DNA of 56,277 nucleotides from assembly GCF_001194135.2 (NCBI RefSeq), contig NC_068992.1, positions 34,725,758-34,782,034 on the forward strand. Direction: 5' to 3'. The notes beneath the pieces were generated by a model. It was not told the DNA's origin, ran no database searches, and saw nothing but the letters and a program-made list of their open reading frames with translations. Every line of letters begins with the position of its first letter. Position 1 is the first letter of the stretch. Shown in pieces: positions 1-12,219 of the stretch. The DNA comes from Octopus bimaculoides (Eukaryota). A program made the position numbers and the translations under genes.

Positions 1-194
1 TATGTATATATACATATATATATATATACATATATACATGTATACATTTATGTATATGCATTATTTAAAAGAGTTCCAACTCTGTTTTTCATGTTTTATT
101 TATATTCTTATAAAATTAATGTGGGATATAGAATATGGAATATATAATATATACTAAAAATATATATAGATATACATGTATGTATATATATACC

Positions 195-287
195 AGGCGC
201 AGGAGTGGCTGTGTGGCAAGTAGCTTACTTACCAACCCCATGGTTCCGGGTTCAGTCCCACTGCGGAAACTGAAAGACCCCGTCGTA

Positions 288-357
<70 letters not shown>

Positions 358-558
358 TGTGTTTTTCCCCCTATTATTGCTTGACAACCGATGCTCGTGT
401 GTTTATGTCCCCATCACTTAGCGGTTCGGCAAAAGAGACCGATAAAATAAGTACTAGGCTTACAAAGAATAAGTCCCGGGGTCGTTTTGCTCGACTAAAG
501 GCGGTGCTCCATCATGGCTGCAGGCAAATGACTGAAACAAGTAAAAGAGTAAAAGAGA
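195..558 (+). mobile_element. tRNA-derived SINE (family A, my label) with internal (TA)n(TG)n tract and an internal deletion in the head
   Basis: Head aggcgcaggagtggctgtgtgg (A-box-like) ... ggttccgggttcagtccc (B-box-like), central microsatellite, tail ggcggtgctccatcatggctgcagg..actgaaacaagtaaaag. Homologous pieces recur at 5590-6222, 11249-11415, 12975-13195 and 16893-17060. Confidence 0.85.
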
Positions 559-559
559 G

Positions 560-568
560 AGTATTCAT

Positions 569-601
<33 letters not shown>

Positions 602-628
602 CATACGTACATATATATACACACTTAT

Positions 629-679
<51 letters not shown>

Positions 680-720
680 CATGTATATATACATATATAT
701 ATATATATACATATTTACAT
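560..720. repeat. (TA)n/(CA)n/(TACA)n compound microsatellite
   Basis: Directly visible simple repeat. Confidence 0.95.
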
Positions 721-722
721 AT

Positions 723-883
723 GAGTGGTTGGCATTAGGAAGGGCATCCAGCTGTAGAAACTCTGCCAAATTTAGATTGGAGCCTGGTGTTGCCATCCGG
801 TTTCACCAGTCCTCAGTCAAATCGTCCAACCCATGCTAGCATGGAAAGCGGACGTTAAACGATGATGATGATGATGATGATGA

Positions 884-886
<3 letters not shown>
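723..886 (+). mobile_element. RTE LINE 3' end with (GAT)n tail
   Basis: gagtggttggcattaggaagggcatccagctgtagaaactctgccaaa...aacccatgctagcatggaaagcggacgttaaacgatgat is nearly identical to the 3' end of the RT-coding copy at 7532-8666. Confidence 0.9.
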
Positions 887-923
<37 letters not shown>

Positions 924-1867
924 CAAAAAGATGGTACATGTCAGTGAGTAAAAGTATATGGTAATAACCTTATAAACACACAAGAATTTGAGTCACATTG
1001 AAGTTCTTAAAAATTACAACGTCCATATTATATAACAATACTATTATCTATGAACCAATGAAAGGAATCTTTAAATGGTCACTCAACTTACTAAAGATAT
1101 CAGCCAAATATCCTTTAAATTGCACCCAATTAATGGGTAAAATATAAAAGAAAAATTAGATAATGTGGTTCAAAACATACTACTAAAAAGACAGAATGAC
1201 AATGATTTGAATGTCTCTCATTATAGATTTACTTAAGCAAGTCTATTTACCAAGCAAATAAATCAGAAATTCATTTAACACATCCAAATACAATTTTTTC
1301 AGTATAAGTTGTTTTATACAATGGTTATATAACATTGTGATGTGTTAATCTCTCTTTCTTTGTAACATGATTCAACTACTAAAAGTCATCTTTAACTATC
1401 CTTCTTCAAGTGGCTGCAACTGAATGCACTTTCCCATACCATGCCTAGAATCTCTGTTCACTGTTAGCTTTGGAATCCTGAGGTTGATGTTATGTGCCTT
1501 TGCCAATAGCATCAATGTAGCTGAGTTGTCTTTGTTCTCTGTTATGTTGCTTTTATGTTGCTTCAGTTTCTCCCTAGCAAAGAAATATTGCTACCAATAG
1601 TTTCCTAAAACTTAATGATGTTCCATACACGCTTATCTCCAAATAATGTTCAAGTTGAATAATACATTCTTGATTTTTATACAAACTGATTGACAAGAAT
1701 GGAATTTATTTTCTCCTAATTGTAGTTAATTTATTTTATCTACAACTGATCAGGGACTACACAACAATGTGAAAATTTACTTTAACCTGCAATGGAAGAT
1801 CTATAATGAGACACATGATCTACTAGATATAGCACCCAAATTATCCCTAATCACATTCTATCATCTT

Positions 1868-2274
1868 TTTTGTTGTGTCTGGGGAGAGTCATTTTGTCAT
1901 GATGCCTTATTATCCAACACACTCACCGATTTGACTCCTACTCATTTTATTTATTTATATATTTATTCTTTCTTCCAGAATTTCTGTTGCTTTTGTCTGC
2001 TGCATTCCTTTTGTTTGTTTGTGTGCATCAGCATGCATGTGTATGCACTTATGTATGTATGTATGTATGTATGTATGTACACAAACAAACAAAAGGAAGG
2101 TAGTTCCAATAACAGACAGGGTCAACAACTATTGAGAAATTTGCAAGAAGCAACAAAAATTCTGGAAGAAAAAATAAATATGTAAATAAATAAAATGAGT
2201 GTGAATCAAACTAGTGAGTGTGTTAGTTAATAAGATGCGTAAAGACAAAATGACTCTCCCCAGACACAACAAAA
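1868..2274. repeat. Inverted repeat with ~125-bp arms (1868-1992 and 2148-2274) around a 155-bp spacer containing (TATG)n
   Basis: The outer 31 bp, ttttgttgtgtctggggagagtcattttgtc, are an exact reverse complement of the right end. Overall identity is roughly 85-88% by eye. Confidence 0.9.
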
Positions 2275-4384
2275 TTTGCTTCAACACACAAATCACACAA
2301 AGAATCTTGCCAACGAGATACAAAAAACGAAGTATATATATATAATTTTATCTTAATGCTTGGCTGAAAAAACACCCAGAGGATGGCTTTGCTACTACAA
2401 ATAATAATGTTTAAAACCCAAATTTTGTAATATAGGTACAATTCCATATATTTGTAGGATGTAGTTATGATATTATGTTTGATACTCCTGTACTAAATAG
2501 GGGTATCTTCCCTTTTAGATCTAGAATATTTGAAATGAGAATATTAATGGAGGTATCTGATACTGTAAAATATTTTGTTGGGCAGTTTTATTCTTTCAAT
2601 AATTCACCAAACTGAGAGCGATATCTGACAATTGGCAGCAGTGTCCAAATGTTGTCACAGTCCCGTGGTCACTAATAGTAAAAAGTAAACTAAACTATTA
2701 CAAAAATATATTCCATGCAGTTAATACAAAAATATGAATATTTTCCAGAAAATAAATGTCTTTGTTAATATTTTAGTCAAATGAGGAAAGTTATTCTTTT
2801 CAGACATCTAAAACCTGGCAAGAAGAAAAGTGGAAGTCATTCTCAGATCAGAGGCCCAGCTTAAATACATGCAAATGAGATGGTTGCTAAAGATAGACAA
2901 AGATCAGAGGTTGTTTTTAAGCCAACTCATTCAAGAGCAGTCCCTCTGGTAGGCACATTTTCCATCTGCAAAATTCCTTTCAAAAGGATTTAAATAGTTG
3001 AAGGCTATTGTGGAAGACATTGGCTCAAGATGGACCAAACCCCAAACCATTTAGCTACTAAGTCAACCTCTTTTCATTATAGACATACCTGCATCATGTG
3101 AATCATGTCTTATGTAGTTCAGAAACTAAACTTAAAGAAATAAAGTTTTATTAATAATAAATATATATATATTGTATATTACATTGGCTCTCCTAGTTTG
3201 CTAGTGTACAGTAAAGGGTATTTAGGTGAATAAAGTGTTTTCATAAATATAATTGAAGGTATATTCAAAATCCATAAAAATGACGGTCTTGGAAAATATG
3301 TTCTTCATACTTTTGTTGAATACAAGTGTGATTAATAAAACAAGTTAAGCCATAGTTATATTTTATAGATTTTTAACTTCGAAACATGGTTTTTAATCTT
3401 CCATGCAAAGCTGGCTAGTAATTTTTAATTTTCCTTGCAAAGTGTGACTTCAAACTTTTATTAGTACTTCAGTGGACTACAGAATCAAAAAGATTGAGAA
3501 CCACTGATATATCAAAATATGACACTCAAGAAATTCCTGCTGCTGATGTAATTAATCAGAAGAATTCACCTGTTAAATTGATTTTTATGGGAATCATTGC
3601 TTGAATCTGAAAATATATGAAATGTTACTTCTTTGAATAAGATAAATCTAAATAAATCTTATTCAATTTACCTTCATGAATAATAAAGTATGTGTCCAGG
3701 ATTTAAAAGAAATAAATTTGGCTAAAGAATTATGGTGCATGTATTTCCAGCAATTGTGTATTACATTTGCAGCATTCAGTCACTAATAGAATGCCTGATA
3801 TCACCATAATTCTGACAATATATGAAAATATAGCTCCTATTCAAAGAGTAGAAAATATATTAAAATACAGAAGTAAGCTAGAGAGTTGAATTGGCACCAG
3901 TTATTCGTGTTCATTTTTTATATCAATCTATGTCTACAAAAATTCACTAAAAGTTCGCAAATTATTTATATAAAACATTTTTGATAGAGGCATATAAAAA
4001 AAAGAATCAGGTTAATTCTATCTATTATGTAGTTCAAAACTCTCTTTTTTTAGTATTAATTCTCACCATAGGAAATAAATGTAACAAATGACATGCTATA
4101 CATGTAGACATCCTACACCCTGTCCTAAAACAGCACTCAACTCATTGGCAAGAAGTCATCCACCAATACTCAACAACCTCTGGCCATCATACCTTTGGTC
4201 TCCTTACTCTGCCTTTTCATCCAGTCTCAAATTGCTTTATGGAACTTACTAGTCTTCTACAAACTCCACTAAGGTCCTTCTGACTCATGCATCTTTCTTA
4301 TTGTCATCACTCATATTGTGTCTCCATTTAGGTCTTCCTTAAAACAGTTTACTTAGTCCTTACTTTTCAGTTAAACCTCCAGAG

Positions 4385-4732
4385 TACCCTGTCTACCCAT
4401 GCTTTCAATTGCTGCTCTGCAAGACTGTGGCTTTGAACTAGTTGATCACCCTCCTTACTTTCCTGATTTGGTCCCATCTATCATCTGTTCCCCAACATGA
4501 AAAAACACTTGGTTGAGAACTAGTATTGCAGTGATGATGATGTCATATCTGCTGTTGATAACTTTTTTGCCTAACAAGCTGAAAGTTTCTTCCCTAATGG
4601 GAATGAAGTACTGCAGTACTGATGGAAGAAATGTGTGGACCACAAGGGAGACTAAACTGAAAAATAAAACTCATTTGGTCATATTTCATGAGAGTATCTC
4701 TGTCTGCCAGTGAACCTTTCAACTGACCCTTG
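4385..4732 (+). mobile_element. mariner transposon 3' fragment (transposase C-terminus plus TIR)
   Basis: Encodes LVDHPPYFPDLVPS..LFPNMKKHL, a variant of the YSPDLAPSD motif. It ends in a TIR-like gaacctttcaactgacccttg followed by TA. Same family as 41880-43132. Confidence 0.85.
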
Positions 4733-5589
4733 TACAGCATCAAGATTAATATTAACCAAGCTGATCTCACAGTGTCTCAGAATGTCTACAAAGATCATGG
4801 GTGCAGCCTCTTCCAGCAGACAAACCCATTAACAGTACCTTCACAATATCTCTAAGTCCTAACTAAAATAAACAGTATACAATTTTAGCAGCACATACTT
4901 CTATATATATATATCATGTGTATTTTGTGTCTTGTTCAGTCTAATTATTGTGTAAGTCAAACAATAATATATAGTGCAATTTCTAAACCATAGAACTTCA
5001 ATAAAAGTCTATAACTAATATCTAAAACAATTATCATAGATAAGTAGAAAAAATTAAATTTATGTTTATTTACGAGAATAGAACTGTTATTAACATGAGA
5101 GCTTTGTGAATAATAAAATTGAATTAATCTATTTATGTATATAAAAGGTAAACACAAATATTGAAGAAAACAATACACAAAAGTAGACATATTGATAAAA
5201 TTTAATCAATTTAAATACTGACTAAAAAATATACTGGAATATTGTTTCAGGAAACTGAATACTATTGTTGTTAGCAGTTTAACCACAGATCAATCTTAAT
5301 CAAGCAAACTTAAGAACAAAGGTATTGTGATAATAATCCCAACATTTCAAAGAATTTCAAAATATAAGTGTCCTTTCTTATTTTAGGATAGAAGAATGTC
5401 GTTTAAGGAATTTAGCTGCTACTACTAGCAGATCAAATGACAAAATACACTTTTAAAGAATCATATTAATTTGTTATGCTGAGGAGCCAGCAAAATTATG
5501 AATGTAGTTGACTGAAATGGTGTAAAGTATTAAATGACACAGGTTTAAAACCTATATTGCAAGTAACTGAGATTAAAGCTTGCCATTGT

Positions 5590-6222
5590 TGCCACCCGTA
5601 ACTTGGTCAAGTGACTTTTGCTATAGCCCCATGCTAGCCAAAGATTTGTGAGTGGATTTGGCAAATGGTAACTGAAAGAAGCCTGTCATATATATATATC
5701 ATCAGATGTTTTAATGTTTCTCTCATATTCTTCCCATTTATGGTCTTTCTCTCTCTCACTTTCTATCTGAACATGTATATTTCTGCTTCTGTATGCATGT
5801 TTGTGTATGTATGTCTGCCTCTACTGCCAAAAAAATACAATCACCAAAACAGTTTCAATGTAGGTCATTTATGCTTAATCATCTCTCTCTCACACATAGA
5901 TTATACATGCCCATATTGTTTCATACACACCAATGAACTTGTTTGCACACACACATATATGTGTTCTCCCATGCACACCTTAGCATCATACACCTTATGC
6001 TCACACACACATAAATGTAATGTGTTTGTACCCAATCAGAACTTGACAAGTGTTGGTGTGTTTAAGTCCCTGTAACTTAGTGGTTTGTCAAAAGAGACTG
6101 ACAAAATAAGTACCCGACTTAGAAAAGAAATAAGTACAGGAGGTGATGCATTTGAATAAGAATTCTTCAAGACGGTGTCCCAGCATGGCCACAGTCTAAT
6201 GACTGAAATATGTAAAAGATAT
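5590..6222 (+). mobile_element. Degraded family A SINE with an expanded, decayed central microsatellite
   Basis: Head part gtgagtggatttggcaaatggtaactgaaagaagcc at about 5650-5690. Tail gacggtgtcccagcatggccacagtctaatgactgaaa at about 6170-6210. Confidence 0.7.
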
Positions 6223-6492
6223 GTGATATATATATCACATATCAGGTATCTTTATATACATATATATTGTTTGTAGGATTCATTTGAATCAAGGTATTTT
6301 AACATTCAGGACATAAACATATCTGCACATACCGGCAGACATTTGCTTACATCAAACCTGTTAGGTAATGACTACTGATACCAAACTTTCTATCTCTCCT
6401 GGACATTAATTCTGTAATTCTCTAACCCCTATTGTACCTCTATAATTGTTATAAATATTGTCAATGTGATTACATTACATAATATAACATAA

Positions 6493-7350
6493 TATTAGGT
6501 TGTTCAGAAAATAAAAGACAATTTCAAAAATAAACCTATATTCTTGAAAAACTGAACTTATAGAAAGGTTTAATTATTCAAAATATGATACCAGAAAAGC
6601 TTTGCATTTCTCCCATCAATAAACAAGGTCGTTTATGTCACTTCAATAAAAATCTAAAGGTCTTGATTCCAAGAAATCCTTGAATTCAGTTTTCAATGTT
6701 GGTTTTGGAACAAATGTTTTTTTGCCTTAAAAAATTAATAGTTGATGCATGAAAGATCAAGGGAATATGGAGGATGTGGTAAGGTCTTGTATCCCAAATA
6801 TGTGAGCTTCTGCAGCGTCATCCTGGAAATGTGCAGTCAAGTATTATCATGAGCAGAATTGGACCAGGTCTCATTTTATTCAAGGGAACAGGCATTTCTT
6901 CCAGTTGCTTGCAGACACCAAGCATTAGAAATATTTCTCTGACACTTTGTCGTGGGCTTTGTTTGACAGTTGTTTTCAAATGTTGATCATCAAGAATGGA
7001 TGGAAGTCCTCTACCTTCTTGATCTTCAAGGCTCTCATCCCCATTACGGAATCTCTCAAACCACCATTGTACCATCCACTCACTAGTAGACCCTTCACCC
7101 CATGCTCTGTTGATATTGCCGGCTGCTTGGAAAGCATTATGTCAAATTCATGCAAAAGAAAGTAACTGCATTTCTTTTTTCATGATTGAAATTAAGGATT
7201 TCTATGCTTCAACATTATATTCTGAGAGAAATCAATAAAAATTTATTAAAGCGTACACATCAATTATTAAGCATTTACAATTTTGTCTAAAACACTACAA
7301 AAATAGCATCTTAAATCGAATTTGAAAAGATATTTTTGATAAATTTGGAC
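6493..7350 (-). mobile_element. Internally deleted mariner element (Hsmar1/cecropia-like transposase N-terminus)
   Basis: The left end tattaggttg is a typical mariner terminus. The right terminus is degraded and its position is approximate. Confidence 0.8.
6574..7183 (-). pseudogene. mariner transposase pseudogene lacking its central part
   Basis: MKKEMQLLLLHEF..NINRAWGEGSTSEWMVQWWFERFRNGDESLEDQEGRGLP (HTH region) joins almost directly to RPGPILL(H)DN..LPHPPYSLDLS. The first catalytic D region is absent, and there are frameshifts. Confidence 0.85.
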
Positions 7351-7531
7351 AGTATTTAAAAAAAAAAAACCCAATATAATGTGTGACTTCATTCATGACA
7401 TAGCCCCCTTCTCGCACTTCCAGACTTTATACTAGATTCTCATATTCTAATTCATCCAGGATGTCATTATATTTTTTGTATAACTTTATTTTTTATATTC
7501 TTTTATACTTTTTATATTCTTATTTACATAT

Positions 7532-8666
7532 TGTGGCAGATGTTCAGGAGCAAGGAACACTGAAAATGTGCAGAAAACAACCCTGGGCACATTTCAGGGA
7601 GAAAAACTAGACTTAGTTGATAGCTTCCGCTATCTAGGTGACGAAGTTAGTAGTGGGGGAGGGTGTGCTGAAAGTGTAGATGCTAGAATAAGAAGAGCCT
7701 GGGCAAAGTTCAGAGAGCTCTTACCTCTGCTGGTGACAAAGGGCCTCTCACTCAGAGTAAAAGGCAGACTGTATGACGTATGTGTATGAACAGCAATGCA
7801 ACATAGCAATGAAACATGGGCCGTGACTGCTGAGGACATGGGTAGGCTCACAAGGAATGAAGCCAGTATGCTCCAATAGATGTGTAATGTCAGTGTGCAT
7901 ACTAGACAGAGTGTAAGTACCTTGAGAGAAAAGTTGAACCTAAGAAGCATCAGTTGTGGTGTGCAAGAGAGACAATTGCGTTGGTATGGTCATGTGGCGA
8001 GAATGGATAATGATAGCTGTGTGAAAAGTGTCACACCCTAGCAGTTGAGGGAACCTGTGGAAGAGGTAGACCCAGTACGACCTGGGATGAGGTGGTGAAG
8101 CACGACCTTCGAACATTGGGCCTCACCGAGGCAATGACTTCTGATCGAGACCTTTGGAAGTATGCTGTGTGTGAGAAGACCCAGCAAACCAAGTGAGACC
8201 TAAATCCAAAGCCTCTGCCAGGGGTGTATCCAGCCCACTTATGTGTACCTTCCTTCATTGGACACTAAACTCTGCTTGCGAAGACCTGTTGGGGCAAGTG
8301 AAAGCGAAATCGTGATGGCACCTGTGCCTAGCGCCACCTTCCCGGCACTTGTGCCGGTGGCACGTGAAAAGATGTTTGAGTGAGATCGTTGCCAGTGCCG
8401 CTGGACTGGCTCCTGTGCAGGTGACATGTAAAATACACCATTTAGAGCATGGCCATTGCCAGTACCACCTGACTGGCCTTTGTGCCGGTGGCACATAAAA
8501 GCACCTACTACACTCTTGGAGTGGTTGGCGTTAGGAAGGGCATCCAGCTGTAGAAACTCTGCCAAATCAGATTGGAGCCTGGTGTAGCCATCTGGTTCAC
8601 CAGTCCTCAGTCAAATCGTCCAACCCATGCTAGTGTGGAAAACGGACTTTAAACGATGATGATGAT
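7532..8666 (+). mobile_element. 5'-truncated RTE LINE (RT C-terminal part 7532-8196, 3' UTR, (GAT)n tail)
   Basis: GEKLDLVDSFRYLGD..ARIRRAWAKFRELLPLLVTKGLSLRVKGRLYDVCV...LRWYGHVARMD..CGRGRP..WDEVVKHDL, with in-frame stops. TGA at 8194-8196. Confidence 0.95.
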
Positions 8667-8960
8667 ATTATGGGGTACTTTCATTCTTTGGATATTTTCG
8701 AAATTATCATGTTTTTATAATACCATTACGTATACATGAATTTTAAACTACACTGTACATTTTTAACTATAGGTGTGTTTCTGCATATGTTTGTAAATAT
8801 ATGTATGTACTACCTTAAAAGCCTCCTAATAGGGCAGCTTATAAGCTAGAATATAGCTTTTAAGGAAATGGGAGGATCTGCAAACAGATCTCTGACTTGT
8901 TTTGGAGTATTTGTTGCAATTGCTTCCTCCAGAGTCATATCCAAATGATGATCATATTCG

Positions 8961-9545
8961 TCGCAAAAATATCATGTAAAAAAATTTGCTAGAGTAATGA
9001 AGACATAGGAATCCAAAATTTCAGGATTGCAGGTCCGGCCTGGAATGTTTAAATTTACTCACAGAGTTGGTCTTTAGATTATAAAAATTGCTATCATACT
9101 AAAAACATCTGTTGCAAAAAATCATGTAAAAAATTGCTGTAAACAACTACAGTAATGAAAACTTGAGAATCTGTAATTTCAGGATTTTGGGTCTGGCTTT
9201 GGCCCGGAATGTTGAAATCATATGACACACCGAAATTCACATTTATTATATTATATTATATCATTATAGTATATTAAAGTGGCAAGCTGTCAGAATCATT
9301 AGCACGCCAGGCGAAATGCTTAGTGGTATTTCGTCTGCCATTAGGTTTTGAGTTCGAATTCTGCCAAAGTCAACTTTGCCTTTCATCATTCCGGGATCGA
9401 TAAAACTAATACCAGTTATGTACTGGGGTCGATGTAATCGATTTAATATCTTCCCCCAAAATTTGAGGCCTTGTGCTTTCAGTAGAAAGAATTTATTAAA
9501 GTTGAAGAAATGTGACACACTAACATTCACATTTATTATATTAGA
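8961..9545 (+). mobile_element. Putative non-autonomous Helitron/HINE-like element 3' part, with ~150-bp internal tandem repeats and a duplicated terminus
   Basis: Two diverged copies of gcaaaaa(t)atcatgtaaaaaa...gtaatgaa...aatttcaggatt...ggaatgtt at 8961-9060 and 9111-9220. Two copies of tgacacac..aa.attcacattt(t)attatatta at about 9223 and 9513. The classification is inference. Confidence 0.45.
9281..9493 (+). mobile_element. tRNA-derived SINE (family B, my label) with 9-bp TSD TATTAAAGT
   Basis: ggcaagctgtcagaatc (A box) ... gagttcgaattc (B box) ... tactggggtcgatgtaatcga. TATTAAAGT occurs at 9272-9280 and 9494-9502. Confidence 0.85.
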
Positions 9546-9596
9546 TATGCTTAATTTTGGGGAAACTTTATTTCAATTATGGTGTATTTTATAAGT

Positions 9597-9636
<40 letters not shown>

Positions 9637-9810
9637 ATGCATAGAATGTTAGAAGTGGTGTACAAATATTGAATATTGAGAAAAGGGGAGGTCACCAGAA
9701 TTTTGGAAAAAGAATTATTTTGTTTAGTTATTATTATTAGCTTTTTCTTTTATCTTCGAACTTGTCAAATGAAATTTGCTTTTTTGGGGGTGAGGTTCCA
9801 GGACAATGGA

Positions 9811-9835
9811 GATAGATAGACAGACAGACAGACAG

Positions 9836-9878
<43 letters not shown>

Positions 9879-10075
9879 TAGATAGATAGATAGATAGGTA
9901 AGCTGGTTGGTAGAGAGATAGGTAGGTAGATAGATAGGTAGATGGATAGATAGTTAGGTAGATGGACAGTTAGGTAGATGGATATGTATGTAGATGGAAA
10001 GATAGGTAGATGGGCAGATAGGTAGATGGAAAGATAGGTAGCTGGATAGATAGGTAGATGGATAGGTAGAGAGAG
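9811..10075. repeat. Compound (GATA)/(GACA)/(CA)/(GGTA) microsatellite
   Basis: Directly visible. Confidence 0.95.
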
Positions 10076-10277
10076 GGAGGGGAGGGATTTCTTTTCAATT
10101 TGGAATGTTTTTTTTACCAATTATTAGTTAGTTTTTTACCATTGTATAGCTACTGGTCTGAGACAGGAGTTCAAGGATGGTGATCTCTTGTAGAATGGGG
10201 AAAATAATGAAAAAAGGATGAGGTAGGGTTAACACACTAAAAGCATTTTTTTTCTTAAGGTGCCAAGAAGGAAGATA

Positions 10278-10292
10278 GTGTGTGTGTGTGCA

Positions 10293-10325
<33 letters not shown>

Positions 10326-10392
10326 GTGTGTGCGTGTTTGTGTCTGTGCGTGTGTGTGTGCATGTGTGTGTGTGTGCGTTTGTGTGTGTGCA
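10278..10392. repeat. Imperfect (TG)n microsatellite
   Basis: Directly visible. Confidence 0.95.
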
Positions 10393-10591
10393 TTCATGTG
10401 TTTGGAAATATGTCTATGTCTACACTTTAATTTCGATGTTTTGCCTTGAAAAATAAAGTTGGGTTTCTTTTGATTTAATGTTTTGGCATGAACAAACATT
10501 AGCATAACATTTACAAATTAGAAAAATAAAACAATAAAAGCTACTGTTATAGATATGAATATCATGTTATAAATATTGGGGCAGAGACAAC

Positions 10592-10633
<42 letters not shown>

Positions 10634-11248
10634 ATGTATTAAAGAAGTCAAAATTAAAACAAAAATAATAGAGTTCATTATGTTGGCGACAGGAATTTCT
10701 GTCAAAGAGACATGGTTAAACAAAGTTGTACATCATTTCCCTCTCTCTCTCACATATCCACTCTTTCTTTCTCTCTTATTATTACTCCCACTGCCACCAT
10801 CAACACTACTAGTTATAATAAAACATCATCAGCTCTCCCTAAATTTCTTTGACTCTCTATCTCTCCATCTCTTTTTTGTTTTTCTGTCTCTCTGTTTACA
10901 TCACTGCCCTCACCATCTCTATGCCTACTATTACTCTCACCCCAACATGAAGAATAGTCGAAGTGTCATTGAAAAGTGAAAAATGGGATAAAAGTGTGAC
11001 ACACAGAAATTAGTTTTCACATTTATATTAGATTTATATTATAAATAAAAAGCAAAATAAAATGTAAATCTAATAATTTAGCTGAAGATTTGACTTCTGA
11101 AAATGCAAAATTGAAAAGATGTCTTAGTAACAACTTACAGCTTGAATACTCACCAACAATGTAACAAATCGTGGTCAAGTGATTCTGACACCTCTCATGA
11201 GAAGACAACACGATTTGAAAATTGATGGAAGGTGCTCATAATTTTTAC

Positions 11249-11480
11249 AGGTGCAGGCATTGTTGTGTGGTAAAAAGTTTACTTGCCAACCACATGGTTC
11301 CAGGCTCACTCCCACTGTGTGGCATCTTAGGTGAGTGTTTTCAACTATAACTTCAGGCTAACCAAAGCTTTGTGAGTGGAATTGGTGGAAAGAAACTGAA
11401 AAGAAGCCCATTGCATATAGCATGGAATATGGACATTAAATGATGATAATGATGATGATGATGATGATATGATGATAATG
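11249..11480 (+). mobile_element. Family A SINE head joined directly to an RTE-type terminal motif and (GAT)n tail
   Basis: aggtgcaggcattgttgtgtgg...gaaactgaaaagaagccc is followed by gcatggaatatggacattaaatgatgat. Confidence 0.75.
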
Positions 11481-11872
11481 AGCTATTTGTGTAACATTGT
11501 TCGTTTTTTTTCTGTCCTTGTTTTTGCATACATTCGCTGCTTTCTTCCAAGGAATCTAATGCTCTTAGCTTAGTTTTTCCTTGGGGCTGGCCAGATTGGA
11601 GCAATATTGAGAATAACCAGCCGAAATTGCAAAGATAATCTGGATCTCGACTGAAGAGAGAAAACTCTGAATGACATGTCCGTGTTTTCTTTGTATCGTC
11701 TATCTGTATGCTTTGTCTCTTTCTTGTATCACCTAACTCTCTGGATGAATTTTCGTTCTTGTCCCATTCTGTATTATTTATATATATATATATATATATA
11801 TAATTGAAAAGATTTGGATTCAACAAGAAGGAATATGGTTGGACACTTATTTTCAATCATTACAGTTGTTTC

Positions 11873-12163
11873 TATGCAATGTAGTTCTCCAGGCATGCAA
11901 GTACTTGATTATGCAACTGTTTCCCTGCATTATGAGATCTAGTTGTGTTTCTTTGGGTAATATGTGAATATCGTCTAGTTGTATTTCTATGTGTATGTAT
12001 GCATGCTTGTCTGCATGTTTAGTATGCTTGGATGTATGTATCTACATATATGTATATATATACACATGCATACATTGGTGTATATATATATGTGTGCATA
12101 TGTATATATGTACATATATTTGTATATGTGTATGCATGCGAGTGCATGTGCATATATGTATAT

Positions 12164-12219
<56 letters not shown>

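Noticed and set aside
135-839. 234-aa ORF and the many similar YI/CV/HT-rich ORFs (e.g. 11979-12275, 28204-28751, 9737-10505)
   Set aside because: They are translations of (TA)n, (TG)n and (GATA)n microsatellites plus SINE sequence, with no domain content.
4940-4951. 12-nt microexon (ttgttcag|TCTAATTATTGT|gtaagt)
   Set aside because: Such motif pairs are expected by chance in AT-rich DNA, the -1 position is weak, and there is no supporting gene context.
11483-11775. Higher-complexity block that looks like an interspersed repeat
   Set aside because: It has no second copy in the window and no diagnostic termini or coding motif, so I could not classify it.
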